Assembly (NCBI GenBank): GCA_030390025.1
Contig: CM059425.1
Coordinates: forward strand, 155,124,001-155,188,000
Direction of reading: 5' to 3'
DNA length: 64,000 bases
Origin: Squalus acanthias
Taxonomy: Eukaryota
In this document: piece by piece, positions 13,737-25,696 of the stretch
How the letters are laid out: each line of letters starts with the position of its first letter
Position numbering within the stretch: the stretch's first letter is position 1
The notes under the pieces: model-generated
The model's input: only the letters and a program-made list of their open reading frames with translations
Databases searched by the model: none
Told to the model about the DNA's origin: nothing
Made by a program: the position numbers and the translations under genes

Positions 13737-16646
13737 TTTTTTTTAATTTGTTTTTACGGGATGTGGGCGTCGCTGGCAAGGCAAGCATTTATGGCCCATC
13801 CCTAATTGCCCTTGAGAAGGTGGTGGTGAGCCGCCTTCTTGAACCGCTGCAGTCCTTCTGGTGAAGGTACTCCCGCAGTGCTGTTAGGTAGGGAGTTCCA
13901 GGATTTTGACCCAGCGACGATGAAGGATCAGCGATATGCTTCTAAGTCAGGATGGTGTGTGACTTGGAGGTGAACATGGAGTTGGTGGTGTTCCCATGCG
14001 CCTGCTGACCTTGTCCTTCTAGGTGGAAGAGGTCGCGGGTTTGGGAGGTGCTGCCGAAGAAGCCTTGGTGAGTTCCTGCAGTGCATCTTGTAGATGGTAC
14101 GCACTGCAGCCACGGTACGCCGGTGGTGGAGGGAGTGAATGGTTAAGGTGGTGGATGGGGTGCCAATCAAGCGGACTGTTTTGTCCTGGATGGTGTCGAG
14201 CTTCTTGAGTGTTGTTAGAGCTGCACTCATCCAGGCAAGTGGAAAGTATTCCATCACACTCCTTACTTGTGCCTTGTAGATGGTGGAAAGGCTTTGGGGA
14301 GTCAGTAGGTGAGACACTCGCCGCAGAATACCCAGCCTTTGACCTGCTCTTGTTGCCACAGTATTTATATGGCTGGTCCAGTTAAGATTCTGGTCAATGG
14401 TGACCCCCAGGATGTTGATAGTGGGGGATTCGGCAATGGTAATGCTGTTGAATGTCAAGGGGCAGTGGTTAGACTCTCGCTTGCTGGAGATAGTCATTGC
14501 CTGGCACTTCTGTGGCGTGAATGTTACTTGCCACTTATCAGCCCAAGCCTGAATGTCGTCCAGGTCTTGTTGCATGTGGGCATGGGCTGATTCATTATTG
14601 GAGGAGTTGTGAATAGCACTGAAACACTATGCAGTTATCAGCAAACATCCCCATTTCTGACCTTATGTTGGAGGGAAGGTCATTGATGAAGCAGCTGAAG
14701 ATGGTTGGGCCTAGGACACTGCCCTGAGGAACTCCTGCAGCAATGTCCTTGGGCTGTGATGATTGACCTTCAACCACCACAACCATCTTCCTTTGTGCTA
14801 GGTATGACTCCAGCCAGTGGAGCATTTTCCCCCTGATTCCCATTGACTTCAGTTTTACGAGGGCTCCTTCATGCCACACTCAGTCAAATGCTGCCTTGAT
14901 GTCAAGGGCAGTCACTCTCACCTCACCTCTGGAATTCAGCGCCTTTGTCTATGTTTGGACCAAGGCTGTAATGAGGTCGGGAGCCGAGTGGTCTTGGCGG
15001 AACCCAAACTGGGCATCAGTGAGCAGGTTATTGGTGAGTAAGTGTCACTTGATAGCACTGTCGATGACACCTTCCATCACTTTGCTGATGATTGAGAGTA
15101 GACTGATGGGGCGGTAATTGGCCGGGTTGGATTTGTCCTGCTTTTTGTGGACAGGACATACCCGGGCAGTTTTCCACATTGTCGGATAGATGCCAGTGTT
15201 GTAGCTGTATTTGAACAGCTTGGCTAGAGGCACAGCTCATTCTGGAGCACAAGTCTTCAGCACAACAGCTGGTATGTTGTCGGGGCCCATAGCCTTTGTT
15301 GTATCCAGTGCGCTCAGCAATTTCTTGATATCACGTGGAGTGAATCGAATTGGCTGAAGACTGGCTTCTGTGATGGTGGGGACCTCAGGAGTAGGCCGAT
15401 ATGGATCATTTCTTCGGCACTTCTGGCTTCAGATGGTTGCAAACGCTTCAGCCTTGTCTTTTGCATTAACGTGCTGGGCTCCACCATCATTGAGGATGGG
15501 GATATTCATGGAGCCTCCTCCTCCCGTTAGTTGTTTAATGGTCCACCACCATTCACGACTGGATGTGGCAGGATTGCAGAGCTTTGATCTGATCCGTTGA
15601 TTGTGGGATCGCTTTGCACTGTCTATAGCATGCTACTTCCGCTTTTTAGCATGCATGTAGTCCTGTGTTGCAGCTTCCTCAGGTTGGCACCTCATTTTTA
15701 GGTACGCCTGGTGCTGCTCCTGGCATGCTCTTCTACACTCCTCATTGAACCAGGGTTGGTCCCCAAGCTTGATGGTAATGGTAGAGTGAGGGATTTTTTT
15801 TTATTCGTTTGTGGGATGTGAGCGTCGCTGGCAAGGCCAGCAATTATTGCCCATCCTTAATTGCCCTTGAGAAGGTGATGGTGAGCCGCCTTCTTGAACC
15901 GCTGCAGTCCATGTGGTGAAGGTACTCCCACAGTGCTGTTAGGTAGGGAGTTCCAGGATTTTGACCCAGTGACGATGAAGGATCGGCGATATACTTCTAA
16001 GTCAGGATGATGTGTGACTTGGAGGGGAACTTGGAGGTGGTGGTATTCCCATGCGCCTGCTGCCCTTGTCCTTCTAGGTGGAAGAGGTCGCGGGTTTGGG
16101 AGGTGCTGCCGAAGAAGCCTTGGCGAGTTGCTGCAGTGCATCTTGTAGATGGTACACACTGTAGCTACAGTACGCCGGTGGTGGAGGGAGTGAATGTTTA
16201 AGCTGGTGGATGGGGTGCCAATCAAGCAGGCTGCTTTGACCTGGACCTGCTGGGCCATGAGGTTACAGATTGTGGTGGAATACAATTCTGCTGCTGCTGA
16301 TGGCCCACAGCACCTCATGGATGCCCAGTTTTGAGCTGCTTGATCTGTTCTGAATCTATCCCATTTAGCACGGTGATAGTGCCACACCACACCATGAAGG
16401 GTGTCCTCAGTGTGAAGACGGGACTTCATCTCCACAATGACTGTGTAGTTGTCACTGCTACCAATGCTGTCATGGACAGATGCATCTGCGGCAGGTAGAT
16501 TGGTGAGGATGAGGTCAAGTAGGTTTTTCCCTCGTGTTGGTTCTCTCAGCACCTGTCGCAGGCCCAGACTGGCAGTTATGTCCTTCAGGACTCGGCCAGC
16601 TCGGTCAGTAGTGGTGCTACCGAGCCACTCTTGGTGATGGACATTG
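13737..16646 (-). mobile_element. CR1-group LINE (family B), endonuclease to 3' end, with a nested 3'-end copy of the same family
   Basis: NVHHQEWLGS, EPTRGKNLLDLILTN, NYRPISLLS, GVPQGSVLGP, MFADN; T-rich tail at 13734-13744. Confidence 0.9.
15794..16246 (-). mobile_element. 3'-end fragment of family-B LINE inserted in the preceding copy
   Basis: Repeats 13737-14190 almost exactly, with its own T-tail at 15794. Confidence 0.85.
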
Positions 16647-16839
16647 ATGGAGATGTTCATGGAGCTTTTGCCTCCCATCAGTTGCCTAATTAACAATGGC
16701 CATTCTCAACTGCATCTGGCAGGGCTCCAGAGATTTTCTCTGATCTGTTGGTTATGGGAGAGCTTAGCTATAGCTATAGCCTGCTGCTTTTGGTGTTTAG
16801 CATGCAGGTAACCGTGTAGTGTGAGTTAATGTCATTCTT

Positions 16840-17250
16840 TTATTTTTCTTCCTCCTATCCTGAAGGCACTGGCTTATGCTGTGATACAATTCCAGCAGCC
16901 CTCCAGCACCACACCCAACTGGCCGTTGTTCACATGTGAGGTTTGACACTGAATATCAGTTGGCTATTCAAGCAGGGAGGCATCACACATAAGCCTGATT
17001 CTCTGCTCACTGGATAGGCACATGTGCATTTTCTGTCATGGGTCAATTGATGTAATTATGCCATTCAGGAGTGGGAACCTTGGATGAATTCCTTTCTCCC
17101 GCCCCCAGTTTAGGGAACTGGAGGCAATTTTAATACCACAATAGAGATCAGTTAACTCCACACAGAGTGGGGATCAAACCTGCTGCCACCTTGATCGGTA
17201 TGGCGCAATACTAAACTAGATGTTGTGTTTTCTCACTAAGCCATGAAACA
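16840..17250 (-). mobile_element. Old SINE-like repeat
   Basis: Patchy similarity to 47165-47355 plus 54491-54720 (cctgaaggcactg, ggcatcaca, caggaatgggaa); tRNA-like head on the minus strand near 17170-17245. Confidence 0.4.
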
Positions 17251-17903
17251 ACCTCTTCAAAGTAAAAATCAAATTTTGTCTCAAAGCAACTAGTATCTAA
17301 AATTGTGAGTTGGTGAAAGAGTTAATCTACTAATTAAGCAGATTTGAAACATGTGAGCCAAATTACTTCTGTAGCACCTTGCTAAATTAATTTAGATTGA
17401 AGCATCACTGTGTCCAGAGCTGCTGCTCATTGACTCATTTAGACGATAATACATACTGGGGAGGGGTGGGTGGGGATTCTTTTCATGAATAAAGTATGAA
17501 AGAACTGAATTTCTTCATTAATGTTGACCCCACTTACAAAAAGGTGGGAATGAATTAGTTCCAGCTGTGTGATTCCATTGAGAAATGTTTCATTAGTTGG
17601 AACCAAGAAATAGCCAATCACACAGGACTTACAATAATGAGAATTTAACGCTTCTTAAGTAACTCATAATCCTGATATACATTTCCCAAACTTCATTAAA
17701 TCAGATGCAGAATGCACTATTTGCCAGGAGTTATGTCTGAGCAGTAGAGTTTTAAAGTTTGTTTTTATGAACTTCAGGAAGTCCTGGTATATACAATGCT
17801 TGACTGCAGGTAGGATATTTTTGGTGGTGGTGGATGCCTCCCAACTCTCAGGGGAGTAAAGCATAGAATCACATTACAGTACTAGTATAGTAAGCTCTGT
17901 ATC

Positions 17904-18537
17904 CAACAACAACTTGTATTTATATAGCACCTTTAACATAGTAAAATGTCCCAAGGCGCTGCAGAGGAGTATTTTAAGACACAAAATTTGACACCGAGCC
18001 ACAGAAGGATCAATTAGGGCAGGTGACCAAAAGCTTGGTCAAAGAGGTAGGTTTTAAGGAGTATCTTAAAGGAGGAAAGCGAGGTGGAGAGGTTTAGGCA
18101 GGGAATTCCAGAGCTTAGGGCCTGGGCAACAGAAGGCACAACCACCAATGGTTGAGCGATTATAATCAGGGATGCTCAAGAGGGCAGAATTAGAGGAGCG
18201 CAGATATCTCGGAGGGTTGTGGGGCTGAAGGAGATTACAGAGATAGAAAGGGGCGAGGTCATGGAGAAATTTGAAAACAAGGATGAGAATTTTGAAATCG
18301 AGGCACTGCTTAACCGGGAGCCAATGTAGGTCGGTGAGCACAGGGGAGATGGGCGAACGAGACTTGGTGCGAGTTAGGACACGGGCAGCCGAGTTTTGGA
18401 TGACTTCAAGCTTACGTAGGGTGGAATGTGGGAGGCCAGCCAGGAGTGCGTTGGAATAGTCAAGTCTAGAGGTAACAAAGACATGGATGAGGGTTTCAGC
18501 AGCGGATGAGCTGAGGCAGGGGCGGAGACGGGCGATC
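17904..18537 (-). mobile_element. L2 LINE 3' end
   Basis: AETLIHVFVTSRLDYSNALLAGLP...LHWLPV...GPKLWNSLP; tail gctatataaatacaagttgttgttg. Confidence 0.92.
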
Positions 18538-19054
18538 ACCAGAAGGACATAGATATGTAGAAGAAGTGGCATGATTTAAAGAAGAGCATCAAGCTAAGAC
18601 ATAAGTATAACTATGCAGTCCATATGTGGACATGATTGTTTCAGATGTAAAAAAAAATGTGCTTGTGTAGTGAAATGTTAATATTGTAGCAAGCGTTGTA
18701 TTGAAAATTAAAATATTGAGGTTATCCAAAATACATTATAGGGATAATTGTACAAGCTTGCAGGCAAGGTTCCATGTCAGGAGTGCAAATATGTAAAATT
18801 ACACGTTGTGCCCTGAACTGACAGGGATTGTAATGCAGGAATGGAATTCTGTAGCTCAAATTACTTGGTCTGCATTTCTACTTTTTTTTATATTTAAAGG
18901 GAAAATTAGCATTCAACAGAAGAGCACAGACTATTCACCCCCAGTATATATTATCCTCTAAATGAGTCGACAGCTGGTGGTCCCTGCATTATGATCATGG
19001 GCATCCCATGAGTATATCATACAATCTTTTTGAGTGGGAACTGTTAAGAAATGT

Positions 19055-19237
19055 GGGTGTAAATTTTCATCTTCACTTCCTACGCAGTAATCTGATGGAT
19101 CTATCGCCTATCCATTGTAGAATCTGCCTAATTTTCATCCTATTGATTTCAATGGAATGAAAATCAGATGGGTTCTACAATGGGTGGGCTGTCCACTTCA
19201 CCAGGTTACAGATCAGATGAGGATAAAAATTTACCAC
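19055..19237. repeat. Old palindromic MITE-like repeat
   Basis: Imperfect palindrome centred on cctattgatttcaatgg; ends gtaaattttcatcttc / gaggataaaaatttac; similar element at 61578-61825. Confidence 0.6.
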
Positions 19238-19302
19238 GTGGTGTCTGTGTACGTTGTGTAAGGTTACTCGGAATTTGTGGTATGCACCATTTTGTTTACA
19301 TT

Positions 19303-20165
19303 AACAACAACTTGTACCTATTTAGTGCATTTAACATAGAAAAACATCCCAAGGTGTTTCACAGAAATGTAATCAGACAAAAATTAACACCAAACCAAAG
19401 ATATTGGAAGGGTGACAAAGCTTGGTTAAAGAGATTGATTTTAAGGAGGTTCTTGAAAGAAAGAGAGGTGTGGAGAGGTTTAAGGAGGGAGTCCCAGGCT
19501 TGGGGCTTAAACAGCTGAACGCAAGGCCACCAATGGTGCGGCGAAGGGAGTGGGGGGGGATTCACGAGTCCAGAGTTGGAAGAACGCAAAGTTCTCAGTG
19601 TAGTAGGGCTGAGGAGGTTACAGAGAGAAGGAGGGGTGAAGCTATGAAAGGAGATGATCACTAGGATGAGAATTTTAAATTGGCAGCGTTGGGGGACCAG
19701 GAGCCAATTTCAGCAAGCACAGGGGTGATGGGTGAGTGGGACTGGGTGCCGGTTAGGATACGAGCAACAGAGTTTGGATGAGCTGTAGCTTATGAAGGAT
19801 GGGATGCCAGCCACCAGACGATTGGAATAGTCAAGTCTGGATGAGGGTTTCGGCAACAGATGGGTGGAGACGGGCGATGTTACAGAGGTGGAAGTGGGTG
19901 GTCTTTGTGATGGAGAGATTATGGGGTCAGAAGCTCAGCTCGGGGCCTGATTGTTTGCTGCCACGGTGTCCTGTCGGTTTCAACCTGAGACAGTGTCTGG
20001 GGCGGGGGATGGAATCGGTGACAAGGGAACGGAGTTTGTGGGGTGGAGGGGCACAAAGACAATGGCTTTAGTCTTCCCAATGTCTGACTGGAGGAAATTC
20101 TAGCTCATTCCAAGATCAGGTGTTGGACAGGCAGACTGACAACACTGAGGTGGTGGTGGTGGAGC
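19303..20165 (-). mobile_element. Decayed L2 LINE 3' region
   Basis: Collinear with 17904-18537 and has the same tail type. Confidence 0.8.
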
Positions 20166-21598
20166 GTGCTTTCAACGTACTTCATTAATTTGCGGTTTGT
20201 TACATGAATGTGTTTGTGCACATTGGGCAGAAGCACATAATATATCTAATTACATTACAGCAACCATATGGATAGATGTATTTCATTATTCATAATGTAC
20301 CATCTGCTCTCTTCACAGCAGAGAACCCCATCACCCTCCAGGGTGAACACAAAGGACACCTGCTGCTCATCACTAATAATTTCTCAGTTGCACTAAAGAC
20401 CAGCTCAGATATACACACGGCAGTAGATATTAATAGTAAGATGATGAATCATGGAATACCGGGTGGTGCAGAAGGGGGCAGCTGGTGCAGGTCAGAGGTT
20501 CCCAATGCTGTTCGCCTCTCTGAAGTCACCTGAGGATGCAGACATTAATAGGCCAGCTTTCAAAAGGAAGCTGCTATAGCAATGGGAGCCTCTTGAGCAA
20601 TTACTTGGCTCTATACAGGGAGATAGTCTAGGGAGGTTGGGTGGCTTCAACTCTCTTAGGACAAGCATCAGGGATAGATTCAGGGACCTCATATACAGGC
20701 TCACTGTTCTACACTCTGATAGATCAGAGAGCTTTGTGAGGAGACTATTTCTAGCAGTGGCATAAAAGAAGCACAGGCCACTGACCCACATGGCAGCAGC
20801 AGTTATAATCTGTCACCCAGCTTTGTACAAGTATCTGCAGTTGCCTGGAGAAGCACTAAGTCAAGCGCAAACCCAGCAAAGGAACCACTTGGAACTAATG
20901 TAGGCCCAGCAGGGTATGCTGCACATACAGGTAGCAGGACTCCTGCGTCCCATTGCAGTTCACCAGATGGCTGATCTGCTGCTGGAATGTTTTCAACCTG
21001 GGAGAGGTTATGCAGTATCAGGATGCCATAAGAAAGCACACACAGGAGGTCACAGAACACAGGGGCAATGTGCACAGGATGTTGTGGGATATTAGCATAC
21101 AAATGTCTAATGTGATCAACTGAAATTCCCCTCTGCTATATTAGTGAGACATCAGCCCGTTTAAAATAAAGGGATTATTGCTTCCACCAAATTAGCGTGA
21201 AGGAGAAATTTGAGATCCATGTATTAAGACTTTGTACAGCAGTATCTCGTGTCATTATTTCAAGGCTCATATTTGCAATCTACAGGATTGCCAACATCCA
21301 TAATTCTCAAGGGAGTCCCGGTGGCGTGTCTAAGTGGATGTCTTGAGATAGCGCCAAAGCAAAACCAAAGGAATCAGGCATGACTCTTTCAGTTCTGCTT
21401 TGATACCACCTTGCGACTCCTGCTTGGATGCTGCGTTTCAACTTCAAGAATCACAAGTTTTGGCAATGCTGAATTTGTCATTCTTTAATTGTGCATAGAC
21501 AAAAGAATCTAATGTGAGCAAGCAAAGGTAAAACATTTGCAGGATGAAAACAAAACTATGTAGGTACAGCAAACTACTTTTGTGACTATCTTGCAGAG

Positions 21599-21833
21599 AA
21601 GGTTGCCAACTCTAGTTGGATATATTCCTGGAGGTTTCATCATATGAGCTCCCACCTCCAACTGCCCCATCCAGTCAAACAGCTTTTTCTCCCCAGTCTT
21701 CAATATTTTTATAACTAATAAATGAAAATGTTCAACAAAAACACACCATTTTTATTAATGCCCCTATAGTATCCAAGAGATTAATCTTTAATTCCTGGAG
21801 ACTCCAGGACAATCCTGGAGGGTTGGCAACCCT
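21599..21833. mobile_element. Non-autonomous DNA transposon (MITE)
   Basis: TIRs ggttgccaac / gttggcaacc; internal tcctggag repeats; a left-end copy recurs near 34607. Confidence 0.7.
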
Positions 21834-24330
21834 ATACTTTGACATCTTGCTGTTCATGGACTTCTAGTGGTAGTTCTGAGCTCCTGTTAATAACTCACTG
21901 TGTCAAATGGTGTGCAATTTTGAATGAGGTTCTCCTTGATTAGCCTTGAATGGCAACTGGCTTCTAAAGGAATCTTTTGTTATGGTTCATAAATAACTCT
22001 TTGCACTGAGAGGAATCTAGAGAAGTGCAGTGTCTCCCACAACTTTTAACACCCAATAATGTTGTTGAGCGGGATTGCGGCCCAACAATGATTAGTAAAA
22101 GGGAAATAAAACTGATCCAGCAATTCATAAACGGAATTAATCTAGTTTAACTGCAAAGAGAAATCAACAGCTAACTGAGCCTTGATTCTAAACAGAAACC
22201 TTGTGGTCTTGAACTTTTTCTTGACAGTTTTGGAAACCATTTCATCAAATGAAGATGAGCATCTATTAGAAAGTGTAAGGAAATTGGTATCTCTAGACAC
22301 TCGAGAGCTTTGCTGTACACAATGTAATTGCACATTTGCTGGGATTATTTTTCCACACAAGTAACCCACTCAGACAAGTTTGCTTTCATTTTGCAAAAAA
22401 ATAGAATGCTGTCATGCCAAAGGCTTTAGAAAAATTAGAATCATTCACATTTTAATAAAATTCTACAATGACAGGGGCCGAAACTGGGAGATCTACTTCA
22501 GTCATAATTGCACGCAGGTCACTATCAACAATTACATAATTATTGCACCTTTATGAAAAAGATTAGCCTGGAAATTACTGTGATGATATCACATAACTGC
22601 TTAATGCATTCATATCAAATTCCTCTCTACACTATTTTCACAACTGGGTTAACACCCTCATTTAAATATTGGCTTGAAATGATGGTAACATCACTTGCAG
22701 TAATTTCCAAGCTCTACAAACCATCCGATTATAATTAAATGCTCAAAGTTGATGATGGCTAATGTAATATTTGAATAATGCCTACAAAAATATACTGTGC
22801 AAGTGCTGCCACCCTGTGCGCATTTTCAACTATGATTTACTGGAGCATAAATAGGCCCTACTGGTATTGGGTTGTTATCGTATCTGTGCCACGATTAATT
22901 TACCTGGTACACATTCACTGCAAGACATTGGTCCCAGTGGTGAGAGCTAGCAGAATAGATTCCACACAAAAATAATGATTTGTTTTACATGAGAAACTAG
23001 AAGTAAGCCAGCTAATGTTGCTTTGCCTCTGCTGGGCATGTTATCAAACAGTCTTCTGGAGCAGTGCTTTATTTTAATATTCACCCATACAAGGCTGCAT
23101 CCATGATGACCCTCCTGATGTTGCCAACCTTATGCAATTTGATTGAAATCAATTTGCACTATGAAATAAATAGAAAGGATCCCTGCTATTATCAATTTGC
23201 GGGCAAATTTCTGTTAATCAAACTATGGCACTATTTCGAAGAAGAGCAGGGGAGTTATCCCCGGTGTCCTAGCCAATATTTATCCCTCAATCGACAGAAG
23301 GATCCGAAAGAATTGGAACTCGACATAAAATGAGGCCACGGTGGGTGAGTTAATGTGTGGGAGGGATGCCTTATTTTCATACCTAACTTTTCTTCTATTG
23401 TGTGAGTTCCCCACTGCATTAAAATGGGAAGTTTGCTGACCTATCAAAGGGAATCCTCTTCTTCCAATCAAGGTTAGTCACCATTATGTTATTTGCTTTT
23501 ATATAATTGATTCAATAAGGATAAATTAAATGGTACTCCCAGCAAGGAACCTCGCCTCCTGGGAGCATATATTGGGAATCTTTGCATGTGCTTTATGCCT
23601 GAATTACTAGTATACGCTCCTGCTGGGAGTAAATAAAATTAACCCAAATTTGTCAAAATAGGGCCAGTCTAATAAAAGTTTGGCTGGTGGTTCCATAAAG
23701 CTTCTCGCCCCACTCTGTTAACAGAGCTCTATAAACAATGTCAAATGCATTGACATTCAAGCAGTCATGACCTTTTGAGTTTAGTTTTTGATCTCCACTT
23801 GTTTGCATTTTACAACATTTCTACTGACCCCCACAGGAAAGAGAATAGTCCATTCCAAGCATTCACCAAGTCTGGAAATTGTATTGATATTGGTCCAGTT
23901 CCTCTGTGAAACCAGATCATGAGCTTTCAACAACTAGATGACAAATTACACCTTAGAGTCCAACCTGTTCCTGTGTCTCCAGAACCTGCAATACTCTGCA
24001 AATTCCAGTGAAATCTGCTTCCACAATTCAAGAACCCCTGCAGATCCACCTGTTCCCTATATTACACACTTGCCACCATGGAGGCAGGAGATTTGAGAAC
24101 AAGACCTAGGCCATCTGATAATGAAGGAGGCTTGGCAGCTGCCAGGGACATTTAAAAATTGCCACGACCAATTTATCAGTGGCCCAAATGACTATGCAAA
24201 TCTGATGCGGGCCTTTGCAATGGTTATCGCTGCGCCCGTTTCATACATGGAATGCTGAATTTAGACGCACGTGTTCTATGTGATCTACAACTTAATCTGT
24301 TCTGCTGCTAGGTGCTTCCCAGTGGCAGGA

Positions 24331-24798
24331 GAAAGAAAGAAAGACTTTAATTTATATAGCGCCTTTCACGACCACCGGATATCCTAAAGCGTTTTACAGC
24401 CAATGAGGTACTTTTGAAGTGTAGTCACTGTTGTAATGTAGGAAACGCGGCAGCCAATTTGCACACAGCAAGCTCCCACAAACAGAAATGTGATGATGAC
24501 CAGATAATCTATTTTAGTGATGTCGATTGAGAGATAAATATTGGCTAGGACACCAGGGATAACTCCCCTGCTCTTCTTCAAAATAGTGCCATAGGATCTT
24601 TTACATCCGCCTGAGAGAGCAGATGGGGCCTCGATTTAACGTCTCATCTGAAAGACGGCACCTCTGACAGTGTAGCACTCCCTCAGTACTGCACTGGAGT
24701 GTCAGCCTAGATTTTTGTGCTCAAGTTTCTGGAGTGGGACTTGAACCCACAACCTTCTGCCTCCGAGGCGAGGGTGCTACCAACTGAGCCACAGCTGA
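24331..24798 (-). mobile_element. Deu-domain SINE (SacSINE1-like), full length
   Basis: Minus strand: tRNA-like head gtggctcagttggtagc...gggttcaagtccc, Deu core, (tttc)n tail. Confidence 0.9.
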
Positions 24799-25696
24799 TG
24801 GGAGTAAATGAGGTTGCTGACAGTTGGGTGTCAGTGGGAGTCTCTCGAGATTGAAGTGGCCCTGTACCACCTTGAAAAATAGCCCTGAACTGGTATTGCC
24901 ATGTTCTATGCTGCAATGGCTGGCTGGTCCTACCCATTCAGGTCAACTCCAGCCAGAGCCATATCCCTGCTGCTTGACCCTTTTTGAGCATATCCACTGA
25001 CCTGCATGCGGGCAGGCCTCTGGGCAGCTATGAAAGCAGTGAAGCCCTGTGTAATTGTTCTTTCCATCCGATTTGTCAGCATGTTTAAATTGTATAAAGG
25101 AGTCTGTTGTAGTAAGCAGTCTCGGCATTCATGAGTGCTTCTACAACTGGGCTTTTAAATGCAGGTGACATGAAGTCCAAATTCCAGGGCTCTGCAGCTG
25201 AGAGAGGATATGAACTGTCCCTGCAGCCGTAATGGTTTTACTCCCCAATCTACAGAGGAGTTATCCTCAGTTTACAGGAATACCATACTGCTGTCTCAAA
25301 GTAACCACGCCATCACTGACTTTCTGATCTGTCACAGTGCTCTGTAAAATTGCTATGTAAAATTGTTGAGTGAAGACAAAGCATTCCACTTCAAGAAGGT
25401 GGGAAAAATCAGGTGTAATATTTCTTGGAGTACATTTCCTTTATAGAGTTACTGTGATAAAGAAATGACACACAATCTATACATTTTGGAGCCTAAATTC
25501 TTTTTACTTTGCGTTTCTATTGTGTGCTTTATTCAAGTGTTACTAACTTGTTCCAACTGGTTATGTACTTAAGCAAAGCAAGTTGATTACCTTCCGAACA
25601 GATAAACAGGCAAGACCTTGATGAAAGCAACAGTAACAATATGCTCGACATTACAACAGAGAGAAACGCAGAGAAACTCTGATCTTCTCACTTCCT

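Larger units (their letters stand above)
8690..16820 (-). mobile_element. Old CR1-group LINE split into four pieces (about 8690-8956, 11817-11981, 13546-13736, 16647-16820) by later insertions
   Basis: Pieces are collinear with the family-B copy at 14870-15670 once insertions are removed, e.g. catggTA|TAattggcc versus cggtaattggcc. Confidence 0.7.

Noticed and set aside
15857-16696. 279-aa ORF
   Set aside because: Chance in-frame junction of nested LINE pieces.
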